From: the human T2T-CHM13v2.0 reference genome, Homo sapiens
NCBI RefSeq assembly: GCF_009914755.1
Contig: NC_060929.1
Length of the DNA stretch: 64,000 nucleotides
Direction: 5' to 3' (one strand)
The notes below the pieces were generated by a model, which worked only from the letters and a program-made list of their open reading frames with translations, did not search any database and had not been told where the DNA came from. The position numbers and the translations under genes are program-made. This document shows positions 45,456-58,574 of the stretch, one piece after another. The first letter of the stretch is position 1; each line of letters starts with the position of its first letter.

Positions 45456-45954
45456 ATATTTATTTATTTATTTATTTTTGATACAGGGCCTCTCTTTGTC
45501 ACCCAGGCTGGAGTGCAGTGGTGTGATCACAGCTTACTGCAACCCCTGCCTCCTGGGCTTAGTGATCCTCCCACCTCAGCCTCCCAAGTAGCTGTGACTA
45601 CAGGTGTGCACCGCCACACCAAGCTAATTTTTTAATTTTTTTGTAGAGACAGGGTTTCATTATATTGTCCAGACTGGTCTTGAACCTGGGCTCAAGTCAT
45701 CCATCCTCCTCGGACTCCCAAAGTGCTGGAACTACAGCTATGAGCCACTGCACCCAGTACCTCTTCTTATAAAGCCACCAGTTCTACTCCCAAATAACCA
45801 CCAATCCATTAACCTATGAATGGATTAATCCATTCATAAGGGCAGAGCCCTCACGATCCAATCACCTCTTAAAGGTCCCACCTCTCAATACTACTACATT
45901 GGAGATTAAGTTTCAACATGAGTTTTGGAGGGAATGAATATTCAAACCATAGCA
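45190..45954 (-). mobile_element. MSTC-like LTR interrupted by an Alu
   Basis: cttcttgctggtggggactctgcagag...attcaaaccatagca end. Confidence 0.85.
45414..45759 (-). mobile_element. AluJ-like element with (CA)n at its tail
   Basis: TSD cctcttcatat/cctcttcttat at 45403-45413 and 45760-45770; (CA)n at ~45422-45452. Confidence 0.92.
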
Positions 45955-46122
45955 ATAGGTGTACTTGACCTGGAGTCCACAGACAGACATTAGGCAATCC
46001 ATGAGCCCTTGCTGCATTGTATGCAACATGCATGCGCATGCATGTGAATTCTAGGGGTAGGTTCCATAATTTTTATAAGGTTCTCAAAGGGTTCTGACAC
46101 CCATAAGAATTAGGACCCACTA
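45955..46122. mobile_element. hAT-Charlie non-autonomous element (MER117-like)
   Basis: gttctcaaagggttctgacaccc...ttaggacccact end motif. Confidence 0.5.
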
Positions 46123-48654
46123 ATTTGGAATATATTTTTGTGCCTTTTGAAAAAATGCTCGTATTTAAAATTAACACATGAATCTTAAAAGGCCTTGGGA
46201 ATGTGAGTGATTTTAATGCTATATGCTGTTTTTCATGTCCTCCAATCTTCCCAGGAATCTCCAGACTTGCATTCTTCACCCATTATTTTAGCCTCCAACC
46301 CAAGAAGAGAGCAAAGTGGTATTATTTCTAATAGGTCCAGTAAATAAACACAGCAACTGTTGCATTGGATCACTACAAAACCATTCCCCACGGCCCCAGG
46401 GATTAAATAATAAAAGAAAATGCTTTCTGCTAAACCACAAATCATAGAAAATATTCTCACTGGGATAATTTACACAGATTACTTCTTAACAAATTGGTTG
46501 TTTGAGCTGATCACATTGATCACTAAAGCACTGTGCAGACTTTCTTCTGGGTTTGGAAATGTTACAAATGCATCGTGAGGCCCAGGGCCTTTGCCACTGA
46601 CTGACTCACTAGCTTTCAAATGCAGCTTAAGAAATGCTTGGTGATCTTAAAGCCAGAGTGAGCATGTTTTGCCTACAAGACAGTTGTCTTCAACCTTTCA
46701 TGTCAACAGGTAGAAATTACCAGGGCCCATCTAACATTCTTTGAGCAGTGCTGCCACCAGAGTCTGCTGGGAAAAGGAGATGAGGCACCACTTGAGGGTG
46801 GGTGGCCTTGATGGCTTCATCTCCTCACCTTTCCCTACTGTTCCCAACTTGTTCTTCCTCATATATTTCCATTTCATTGAATGATGATCATTCAAACACT
46901 TAACTAAAGAGAAGAATACAAGCACCATCTTATTTCCTCTCTTCCTTTCTCCTCACCTCTAAGTCTCGTTGAGTCAACCCTCTTATCTTCTTATATCTGT
47001 CCATGTCCTTTGGTTTGGGACACTGAAGTCTCTCATCTGGATGAAAGTAGTGGTGTCCTAACTAGTTTTCCTTACTCCCGCCTTGCCCTGACTCCAGTTC
47101 AAAGAAATTTCTCAAAGCACAAAACTGGCCATCCCTTTCTTGTCCTCCCTCATGCTCCTTTTCCACCACTACTCCACCCAGAGCTCAGCAAATAAATGTT
47201 GAACACACTTCAGTCTGAAGAAGAGTCAGACTGAGAGCCAGCAGGATGCCCAGGGGTCTGGCCACACCTGGTTGACATAGAGCCCACCATTCTCTGGGTA
47301 ACTGCCTGCTTGGTTGTTGGTCTCTACCAGCTTGTGAACCCTGGGAGAGCGGGAGCTGGGTCTTGTTTATAGCTATAGCTGTTTTCTACCAGAGTGCCTG
47401 GCACATGGTAAGTAATCAGTACATATTTAATAAATAAATAAATACAACTTGAAGACAACAAAAAATACTTTTTGATGGCAACATGGATAATGAAAGTACA
47501 AGTTTCCTCCTACTAAGGTAATCGATGGGATAGAAATAATCTGAGCATGTCTTTTTCTGATGTTTACTAATCCTCACTTAAGTTCAGTAATTTTTAGTAC
47601 AAAATACTTTTCCTTGGATCCCAAATACTAGTGAGAGGCACAGCTGGGGTTCTAGACCTCACTTCTGATTCTAACTCCTTGCATTCAATTTACCGTGCTA
47701 CATTACATAGAGGATAAGCGAAGGGGGCCAGTTGGTGGTATATCTGGAATTAGAATGAGGTTCTTCTCATTCTAAAGAAATGGTGATATTGTATAATTAC
47801 CTAAGTCATAAATGTGTTATTTTATGCATAGCTAAGTTTATTACATTAGCTTCAAAGCCTAAGCAGCTCCACACAAGACACCAGACATTCACATTCATCT
47901 AGGGCTGGAGGGCATAATTCAACACACCTTGTCTGCCAAATCTTTCCTGTGCTTGAACTAGAGACAAAATGAGGAGCTCCTAAAATAGTTGACAATTTCT
48001 AATTCATTCTTTTATTTCCAGTGCCTTTGTCCAAATTGTAATAGCATAATTCTGATAAACAAGTACAGGTATCCTTTCCAGGTATCTAGGTGCCAAGTGC
48101 CCATCTGCCTAATGGGCACAGGGTGGATTGGGTAGTATTACATGTACTTTTCCATTCTGCCCCAGGTTGCATGTCCTCATTCATCCTAGGATAGAGTGTT
48201 CTTCTTTGCTACAAGTTATGGGGCTACAAAATCCAAATTGAAGCTGAGCAAGAGGTTTAGGAAACTCAATTTGAGAAAAGCCCTCCTTGGTAATAATAAG
48301 TTTTTAATTACTTATTTTCAACCTTATTTTTTATTTAAGGAAACTCTTCTTCCATCCTCTGAGGCTGTGGGGGAATAGGAATCATTGTCTCAGCCCCACT
48401 ACAGAAAAGACCTGTGACCCAGACTGGCCAATCTGTGTACTGGACCACAGTGGCTTGTTCAAATTTTAGCGCAGAATTAGAGTCTTGTAGGATTAATATT
48501 TGAACACAAAGAGAAAAATTCTCTTTCCTTTGAGGATACTAAGGTTGAAGCCTGCAGATAGATGACTCCTAGTAAATATTTTGCCATTTGTTCAGATCTT
48601 ATCTGCAAAATGAGGTTAACAAACACAAATGATGATGATGGTAGTGGTGGTGGT

Positions 48655-48945
48655 GATGACACAAGACATTTATTGAGTGTTACTTATATACCAATAACTA
48701 CCCTAAGTGCATTACACTTAAAGCATATTAACTCATTTAATCTTCACAAACCTTATAATTATGATTACTGTTATTATGCTTATAATGATTATTGCTATTA
48801 TTATCCTCTTTCGCAGAGGAGAAAACTGACACACTGAAGTGTTGAGTAACTCAAGGTTTAAAAACCTATTAAGTGGGAGAGGCACAATTTGAACCCAGGC
48901 AGCCTGGCTCTTGAGCCCATGTTCTTATCATTTTACTCTGCTGCC
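48655..48945 (-). mobile_element. MIR within an old MLT1-type LTR (~48340-49130)
   Basis: catttattgagtg...aactcatttaatcttcac...aaaactga...tttgaacccaggcagcctggctc. Confidence 0.75.
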
Positions 48946-50579
48946 TCTAACAGTACTGGCCAAGGAGGAGGAGGAGGACAAAGAGAAGAACTAGGTTTCC
49001 AGGATACTGTGAAGCCCTTGGATCCAGCCGTGTCTGAACCTAGGGCACCTGGATTCTTGGTTAAATGACCCAGTACATCACAATTGTTATTTAGCCAGTT
49101 TGAGCTGAGTTCCTATTCCTTGAAACTTGCCTAAAATACTCTACCACCAGCATCTCTCATTCTGATTGTGCCTTATCATACTGCTTTACCATAAAAAAAT
49201 AATAATTTACAAAATAATACTAGAGCATTGTAGAAATTTGGAAAATGCAAAAGGATACCATAAATGAAAAGAAATTGCATATGATACAGCCAACTTGAGA
49301 TTATTATTTTTGTTTTCTTCCAGTCTGTTTTTAAATCATGTACATATACACCTGTAAAGTTGTATATGTTTCTTGTCTTTCCTTTTTCTTTTAAGACTAC
49401 ATTAAGTATAGTGTTATTCCCCTATATTAAATAATATGTGTTCCCCTATATTAAATATTTTTGAGACCATAATTTTAATGGCAATATAATTTGTGTGCAC
49501 ACGTGTGTGTGTTCATGTGTATGCGTGTATATGTGTGTCTTTCCATCCAACTTCCGTGTGCTTCCTAGTGCTTTACCTCTTTCCTGATTTCACCTTCTGC
49601 TCTGGAGCCAGGAAGGATACCAAAGGCTGTAAGAACAATTTTGGCCTCTGCCTGAGCTCCCTGGCCTTTGTCTCAGTGTTCAGGGCCTGAGGACCAGTCC
49701 CACAACTCACATCAGCTCATGCCACAACTCAGTTTCTCAGGCAGGAAGGTGACTATGTTAGAGGCAGAGGCTATTTTGCTGTTCCCTGTCCCTCTGCCCA
49801 TGAGCAGAAGTCACCTGGACTCTGCAGCCAGTAGGTTGGGAATAAGACAGGCTCAAGGAAAGGCCCAAGCCTCTGTCACAGATCAGTAAGCATAAAGCCA
49901 GGATGGCTCAGCTGCTCCAAGCACGATTTATTCTAAGGCATGCAGAGTTCCCAGTTAGCACAGTAAGAAATCTTTTGTTCCTGCCTTTTTAACTCCACAC
50001 ATCAATAATAATTTGCTTGGCAAAGCCCAGGGTTCTAGGCCTAAATATGCAAGCCACCAGGGGGAAACACGAGGATAACATTGAGAAATTAGCTTTAAAA
50101 TACCAATAAACTCATTTCACTGTATTCCTCCCAGTCAGTGCTGTATAAAGGCTCATAACATTTATGAAGCATTAAATGCCACATAAATGACTAGTTATTG
50201 ATGTGTAGATGAGAAAGAGAGAAAGTGATGGAAAGAGTAAAAATAGAACAACTGTACATGATGCAGATGGCAGTTCCATATTCAATAAATCTCTGGGTGT
50301 CACCCAAAGCCATGAGCAGTGGTGAATTAAGATTACAGGCTTTTAAGCCCCAACCAGCATACCTAAGGCAAAAGTTAGAAACAGAAGGGGTGCTAGGTAG
50401 TCCATGGTGAAGGAGAATATGAAGCCAGACGAATTTAGGACAGGGTAGTCATAGCAACTCAGGTATGATCGTGAAAGTAAAAGCATCCCTCTATCCTTTC
50501 ATTCATCCATATTTCATTAACTCTCAGCTAACCTATTACTATTGCAAATATTAATGACTCAGTTTGAGACTTACTACTA

Positions 50580-50800
50580 ATTACTATCATTTATTGAGGG
50601 CTAACTTTGTGTCAGGTTTTTCACAAATTGTTTTTACAGGAATCATCTCATGTTTTATGTATGACCATCATAACCATCCTATGAATTGGATGTTTCCATC
50701 TCTACCTTATTGATGAGAAAACTGTAGCTCAGAGAGCTAAAGCAACCTGTGGAAGGCCTAGCAGAGGGCATGTGTCAGATCCACAGATCCATCAGTCCAG
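50580..50800 (-). mobile_element. MIR
   Basis: catttattgagggctaac...gatgagaaaactgtagctcagagag. Confidence 0.7.
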
Positions 50801-52347
50801 CCTGTCCTCTCCTCCATTGTGTAGTTATCAAGTTCCTACCATTTACCAAGCTTTGATGAGACATTGGGCTACAAAGGGACATTAGCCATGCCCCCACAGC
50901 ACTAATTCCTGGCATAGGTAAAGCTGGAAATGAGCGGATGATGCCTCAGAGTCAAAAAATTGATAGTTTCAATGGCTGTCCCTGGAAAACCCAAAAGACA
51001 GTGTCCACTGGGTCATGGCAACTTCAAAAAGAGATACTTGACTCTGTTTGAATGGGTTAGGGATAACTCAACCTGGACCTTGAAGAGCGATGAGTCTTGT
51101 TCATGAGATAGGTAGGAAACATACTCTAGGTGGGGGCAACAGCACAGGCAAAGACACGGAGACTTGGAAGGGTGTGGCTCTAACAAACAATTTAGAGACC
51201 ACACAGCAGAGGTGAGAGGATGTGGGAACCAAAACATCACCTCTACCAAACTGCACATGTTTATGTACAACTGACTGCAGCTGAGCCTGAACGTGCAAAT
51301 AGGTCAGTGTCACTGCAGAGGTGACAATGAGATGTCCAGGGCCTGTTCACAGTCCCCTACCTAAAGCCTCCACCCCACAACCCCAGTCTCATTATACTGG
51401 ATCTCTTTACTTTTTCACAGCACTTAACACTGAAATGTTATATTGTTTGCTTCTTTACTGGTTTATTGCTTCTCTCCCCACCAGAATATAAGCCTTCTGA
51501 GTGCAGAGATTTTGTCCAATTTGTTCTCTGCTCTTTCATCACTACTTAGAATAATGTTTGGCATGTGTTAGACCCTTGAAATTTGCCGGATAAATAAATG
51601 CACCTGACAGAGAAAAGGAGGAAGATCTTGCTGCTAGTAAGGGGTAGGAGCAATGGAAGTCCTGTTATAGAACAGGGTCCTGTCACTCACCTGGGACTCA
51701 TGGTTTCTCTCTAATCACTTTTAAGTGATTTGGAATCAAAACCACTTTTATTCCCCTTGAATGACTTGTAAAGCTTAAAAAGCAGGAGTCCTTTGCTTGC
51801 ATCCGTGTGCTTTCTCCTGCCCACCTTCAAATGCTGGAAGGCAAATTGCTTGCATTTGGCTACACTTCTCCCTCCTGTGCCCATGGCAGACATTGCAAAT
51901 CAATCATGGCAATTTTTCTTGTGGCCTTAGAATCCTTGTCAATGCAACACTCCAGACAGACACTGCTAATCCATAGGAGGTGGCATTAGAGATGACATCT
52001 ACTTTTCATTCTGAGCATGAAAAGAATTAAACAGATGTGAGAAGGGAGCAATATAAGTAGGCACAAGGAGAAAGGGACAAATCCATATTCCATGGAAATA
52101 TTGTAAGCTTTATGTCTTCAGACTTGCGTAACAGTGACAAACAGAAGAGCTTGCAGATGACACAGCATGGTGATTATGAACATAACTATCGATGTCAAGC
52201 TGGCTGGCATCCAGTTTTAGTTTCTATCGTTCCTAACCATGTAGCTGTAAGCAAACCACTTGACCTCTTTAAGCCTCAGTGTCCTCATCTGTACAATAGA
52301 ACTAATAACTGCATCAAGTTGCCATGGAGGAAACCATAATCCATGTT

Positions 52348-52705
<358 letters not shown>

Positions 52706-53843
52706 TCAGTTATTGTTTTTTTTTTAAATTGACAGATTAACAAGTATAAAGGTCACTAGGGGCTGAGTCTTGAACTCCAGAAATATTTCAAATGAAATGG
52801 TCTGCTTCCTGTTAGGAAAATGTAAGACAAGACCACTTTCCACTCAACCCCAAGAAGCTTTCTATTTACTTTGTCCAATTTTTATTCACATCTAAACCAC
52901 TATTATAAAAACATTAAAGAAAACATTTTAAACAATAAGCATTTACCCATAATCACAGCCCTCATACACAACTCATTTCATTTTTCACATTTCTTTCCAG
53001 TCTTTTCTCAAAAGTAGAGTTTTTAAAAATATGATAATCTTGATCTTGTTTTTTTCTATTAATTCTCTGAACCCAGAGATTTTATTTCTAGGCTTCTCTC
53101 CACGACGGTTGCCACACGCAGGTAACTTGATCTGTCTTGGGCCTAGTGCCCTTGTCTGTCAAATGGGAATAATAACAGGAGCATTACTGGCCTCATAGCT
53201 TGTTAGATGGAGCAGATGAGAAAATGGATATGAAAATATGAAGTCAAAAACATAACTGTTGTAGTCATCTCAAAGGAGAGTTATTTACAGGAGCCAGTGA
53301 AATGACAAATGTGAAGGAACTTATGTAAAGTGGTATTTTTAAGTGAGCAGGGAATAGAGAGTTGAAATGTAAAATTTAAATAAGATTAGAAAATAATACA
53401 TTAAATTGTAGATATGATTTAAAGTGCTTCAAAAATGATGGCAAATATCACTCAAATAACTCCCTCTGGCAATTATGGTAAATTGTTGGATTTTTTTGTT
53501 TTGTTTTGTGTTTCTTTTCCTCTTTTCTGCAATACATTTTAGATTTAATGGCCATTTTTCTCTACCTTCATAAATAATACAGTATCCTCCAGGGTCCTCA
53601 AATATTTAGTGAACATATTAAACAAAATCATTTATAAGTTGCACTACGTAGTAAAGAAAAAATAGCAAACTGGAATCACAGGCAAAAGTAGATACCTAAA
53701 TGGATGTGTATAAAACCCTGACATTAACAGTCACTTCATGGTCCTGGAGCTTGCCCCAAGGAATCTTCTGCCATCAAAGTATTAGTGAGCAATGTTGAAT
53801 TTACTGAGGATCTCATGGGGGAGATGACGGAGGGTTTATCATA

Positions 53844-56344
53844 TGTTATGGTTTGGATGTCTCCTCCAAGTCTCACGTTAAAATGTAAACCCTGATGTTG
53901 AAGGTGGGGCCTGGTGGGAGGTATTTGGGTTATGGAGGCAGATCTCTCATGAATGACTTGGCGCCCTCCTTATAGTAATGAGTGAGTTCTCACACTGAGT
54001 TCACGCAAGATCTGGTTGTTTAAAAGAGTGACACTTTCTCTCTCTCTGTCTCACTCTCTCGCGCTCTCCCCATGTGTCACACCTCCTCCCACTTTACCTT
54101 CCATCATGAGTAAAAGCCCCCTGAGACCTCACCAGAAGCCAAACAGGTGCCAGAGCCAGGCTTCCTGTACAGCCTGTAGAACTATAAGCCAAATACACTT
54201 CTTTTCTTTACAAATTACTCAGCCTCCAGTATTTCCTTCATAGCAGTGCAAGAATGGACTAATGTAGAAAATTAGTAGTAGGGATGAAGCATTGCTATGA
54301 AGATACCTGAAAATGTGGAGGCAGCTTTTGAACTGGGTAACAGGCAGAGGTTGGAAAACTTTGGAGGGCTCAGAAGAAGACAGGAAGACCAAGGAAAGTT
54401 GGGACTTCTGAGAGACTTGTTAAGTGGTTGTGACCACAATGCTAATAGAAATATGGACAGTGAAGGCCAGGCTGACAAGGTCTCAGATGGAAATGAGGAA
54501 CTTATTGGGAACTGTGGCAAAGGTCACCCTTGCTCTTTGCTATGCCTTAGCAAAGAGCTTGGCTGCATTGAATCCATGCCCTGAGAATCAGAAGATGTAG
54601 GGTAGCTGGTAGAAGAAATTTCTAAGCAGCAAAGCATTCAAGATGTGACATGGCTGCTTCTAACCACCTAGTATCAGAGACAAGAGCAAATAAATGACTT
54701 AAATTGGAACTTATATTTAAAAGGGAAGCAGAGCTTACAAATTTGGAAAATTTGTAGGCTGGCCATGTGGTAGAGAAGGAAAAAGCATTTTTAGGGGAGG
54801 AATTCAAGTGGGCTGTGGACCAATCACTTGCTAGAGAGATTAGCATGACTAAAAAGAGGAAAGTGCTAATACCCAAGAAAATGAAAAAAAAAAAAAAAAA
54901 AAAAGGCCTCAAGAGCATTTCAGAAGTCTTCAGGACAGTCTCTGCCATCACAGGCCCAGAGAGAGGCCTCTAAGAAAAGAATGGTTTCAGGAGCCAGACC
55001 CAGGGCCCCACTGTCCTGCACAGCCTCAGGATGCTGCTCTCCACATCCTGGCTGCTCCAGCTCAAAGCAGCCCAGGTACAACTCAGGACACTACTTCGGA
55101 GGGCACAAGCTGTAAGCCTTAGAGGCTTCCACGTGGTGGTAAACCTGCAGGTACACAGAATGGAAACATGAAGTAGGTTTGGCAGCTTCCACTTACATTT
55201 CAGAGGATGTATTGGAAAGCATGGGTGCCTAGGCAAAAGTCTGCCACAGGGACAGAGCCTCCAAAGAGAGACTCTACTATGGCACTGCCAAGGGAAAATG
55301 TGGAATTGAAGCCCCACACAGAGTCTCCACTGGGGCACTGCCTAGTAGAGCTGTGGGAAGGGGGCTATTGCCCCCTAGACCCCAGAATAGTAGAGCCACT
55401 GTCAGCTTGCACCTTGAACCTAGAAAAGCTGCAGCCTCTCAATTCTAACCCATGAGTGTAAACTCACTCAAGTAAGCCATAGGGAAGGGACTGCCCAAGG
55501 CCTTGGGAGGCCACCCCTTATACCAGTTTGCTCAGAATGCAGGATATGACGTCAAGGATTGTTTTGGAGCTTTAAGATTTAATGTCTGTCCTGTTTAGTT
55601 TCGGTCTTGCATGGGACCTGTTGCCCTTTTCATTTGGCTAATGTCTTCCTTTTGAAATGGGAATGTTTATCCAATGCCTGTACCACTATGGTATCTCGGA
55701 AGTAAATAACTTGTTTTTTTGTTTTTTAATCATACAGGCTTATAGGTAGAAGGAGCCTGTCTTGGGACTTTTATGAGATTTTGGACTTTGGATTTTTTAT
55801 TTAGTTGATGCTAGAAAGAGTTAAGACTTTGGGGGACTACTAAGAAGGGATGATTGTATTTTGCAATGTGAGAAGGACATGAGATTTAGGGGGCAAAAGG
55901 TGAAATAATATGGTTTGGATGTTTGTCTTCTCCAAATCTCTTGTTGAAAGGTAATCCCCAGTATTGGAGCTGGGGCCTGGGGAGAAGCGTTTGTGTTATG
56001 GAGGCAGATCTCTCATGAATGTCTTAGTGCCTGTCTTGTGGTAATGAGTGAGTTCTTGCTCTGAGTTCATGCAAGATCTGGTTGTTTAAGAGTGTGGTAC
56101 TTCCTCTCTCTCTCTCTCTATTCCTCTCTCTCTATTGCTCACTCTCACCTCACCATGTGACACACCTGCTTCTGCTTCACCTTCCACCATGAGTCAAAGC
56201 TCCTTGGGGCCTCACCAGAAGCCAAGCAGATGTCAACATTATGCTTCCTGAACAGCCTACAGAACCATGACACAGTTAAACCTCTTTTCTTTATAAATCA
56301 GCCTCAGATATTCCTTTATAGAAATGCAAGAACCGACTAACACA
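53844..56344 (+). mobile_element. Complete MST(B-like) MaLR element: LTR-internal-LTR
   Basis: 5' LTR 53844-54266, internal region, 3' LTR 55906-56344; TSD tcata/ccata; purine tract before the 3' LTR. Confidence 0.9.
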
Positions 56345-56369
56345 CCATAGCAGACAACCTGAAATATTC

Positions 56370-56755
56370 TATATCAGTCAGTTGAGGTTAGGTAATGTTG
56401 CAGTAACAAACGTTTCCAAATCTCAAAGCCTTAGCAAAACAAGTGTTTATTTCTCCCTTGCTCTAAATATTCAAAAATGGGTTGACAGGAAGATGCAGCT
56501 CAGCGAGCTTGTTCAGGGATAAGGCTGATAGGGACTCCATTGTCTTTTCCCTTGCCATGATCAACTTGGCAAGGGAAAGGAAACAAGATCCAGAAGTAAC
56601 AAATGTCTCTTCTCATCACTTCTGCTCCCATCGTTGACAAAAGCCAATAACACGGTTTCACCTAGCTTCAAAGGAGGTGGTGAAGTATAATTCTGCCTGT
56701 ACCTGAGAGGAGAACTAGAAATGTTTGGTGCACAGCAATAATGGCTACTGTGTAG
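56370..56755 (-). mobile_element. Old MLT1-type LTR
   Basis: tgttgcagtaacaaac...caaatctca...gtttatttctc. Confidence 0.55.
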
Positions 56756-57129
56756 TCCTGAGATACTTCTTCATCTCTTAGATCCTTTTATCTCTGTTCT
56801 TTCCAAGTTGGGTTGGAGAACAAAGGGAAGTAAGAGAAGAGGTGAAGGGCATTCTTTTGTTCTTCATTTCTTGTTTGCAGTACCCAGTCTCCCAGGCTTC
56901 TATGCTCTTCTAGATTATTCTCTATAAAAATACAGAAGTTGGGGAGGCTAGGTACTGCAAATACCTTCCCTCCAAATTCCTCACTTTAAAAAATTATGAT
57001 GAGTAATTCTACTGTGGCACACAGTGTCATTGGTCACAAGTTTTCATACCAAAGCTATCACTGGCCTCAGCTAATAAACTTTCTGCTATCAGATTCCACC
57101 TTCCTCAGAAAGGTGTGTAGGTGTTTATT

Positions 57130-57151
57130 TTCTCTCTCTCTCTCTCTGTCT

Positions 57152-57198
<47 letters not shown>
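57130..57198. repeat. (TC)n(TG)n compound microsatellite
   Basis: Direct reading. Confidence 0.95.
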
Positions 57199-57200
<2 letters not shown>

Positions 57201-57299
57201 GCAATAAAATAAAACTATTTTTCAAATATCCAGATAGTTATTGATAAAGTAGGAATTTCTCTGAATTTTATCTTGGAAAAGCTTTAAGTAGAGAAAAGA

Positions 57300-57545
57300 G
57301 TTCAGTTTCAAAGTCAAGAACATGAGATTTAATATTGAATTCAAATCTGGCTCCTTCACTCATCAATTGTGTGACCTTAAGACAAATTTTTAATCCTTGT
57401 AAGCTTCAATTTCTAATCTGTAATATGAGGGAATAATATTAACTTCTATCTCAACATAGAACATAGAGTTGTAATGAGGGTTTAATGAGCACAGTGCCAA
57501 GCATATAGTAAGCATTCAATAAATTCTGGCTCCTATAATAATAGT
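57300..57545 (+). mobile_element. MIR
   Basis: ttcaaatctggctc...tgtgtgacctt...acagtgccaagcatatagtaagcattcaataaa. Confidence 0.75.
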
Positions 57546-58574
57546 CTTTTCCTCTTCCAACCAAAAATCCCTTTTTAACCTTTGTGACCAGCACAGAAAA
57601 CAATGAGATCATCACCATCTTGAATGTGGCCTTTTTTACTTTTATTAAATCACAAATATTCACTAGGGAATATTCATTCCCTAGAAATTCATTATTTGGT
57701 TAAAAGGGTCAGAAAACCAAACACAAAATGTCTTAAGCAAAAAGATAAAATTTACCTGATGTATATAAATGAAAGGCTTTAGGCACAGCTAGATCTAGTT
57801 GCTCAAATAACATCACCAGATTCAATATCTGTTGTCTTTATTTTCCCTTCTTTGGTTTTATTATCAAGCTTTCTTTCCTCTCATAGTGCTAAAAGGATTG
57901 CCAAGCAGCTCCGCAGTTTTATCTTATTCTCTCAATAACCATGCTGAATAGTCATAGTGAGATTTCCTTTTTTAAAACATAGCAAAAATCTCAGAATTTC
58001 ATTGCATTGATTCTGCTGGGACCACCTGATCACCCTTGAAACAATCATGGTGGCCATGGGAATGTGGTGCACTGGTAGGGCAAACCTGGTTCTCTCCTGT
58101 ACACCAAATTGGTAGTAGAGTCAGCAACGCTGGAATTATTTGTGTGGGGAGTGGTGAAGGCTTATATATCCAAACAAAAACAGGTTTCACTTACCAGAAA
58201 AAGAGTATAGGGATGGACACTGAGAAAGAAAAAACCGGGTGACTACTACACGTTTTATGAATATACACACTTTTGGAAACAGCAGGGTCCCACCATTGAC
58301 TTAGAGCAAAAAATGCAGTATCTCCACTGGCACCCTCCCATTCCTTGCCCATAGCTAACACTGCTAATCATTCATAGCCCTCTTGTCCATGGAGTTCAGA
58401 AAATACTTCAGAATCCTCCTTCTTCATGTTTTCTTGTTTATTTTTTTATTTTACATTTGTCTTTAGGCTTCTAATCCACAAGCACAAACTAGTTTATTTT
58501 GTAAGTTCAGCACATGCTGTTTATACTTCTTACACTTTATCTAGTCTCATTTGGTCTGTTGTCCTGGTCTGTTG

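Noticed and set aside
45815-45838. Perfect 24-bp palindrome tatgaatggattaatccattcata
   Set aside because: The same motif is in the other MSTC copy (~34692-34715), so it is a family trait
49417-49457. 17-bp direct repeat ttcccctatattaaata
   Set aside because: Ordinary slippage duplication in decayed repeat sequence
57663-57684. 9-bp inverted repeat ctagggaat/attccctag
   Set aside because: Short; expected by chance in 64 kb
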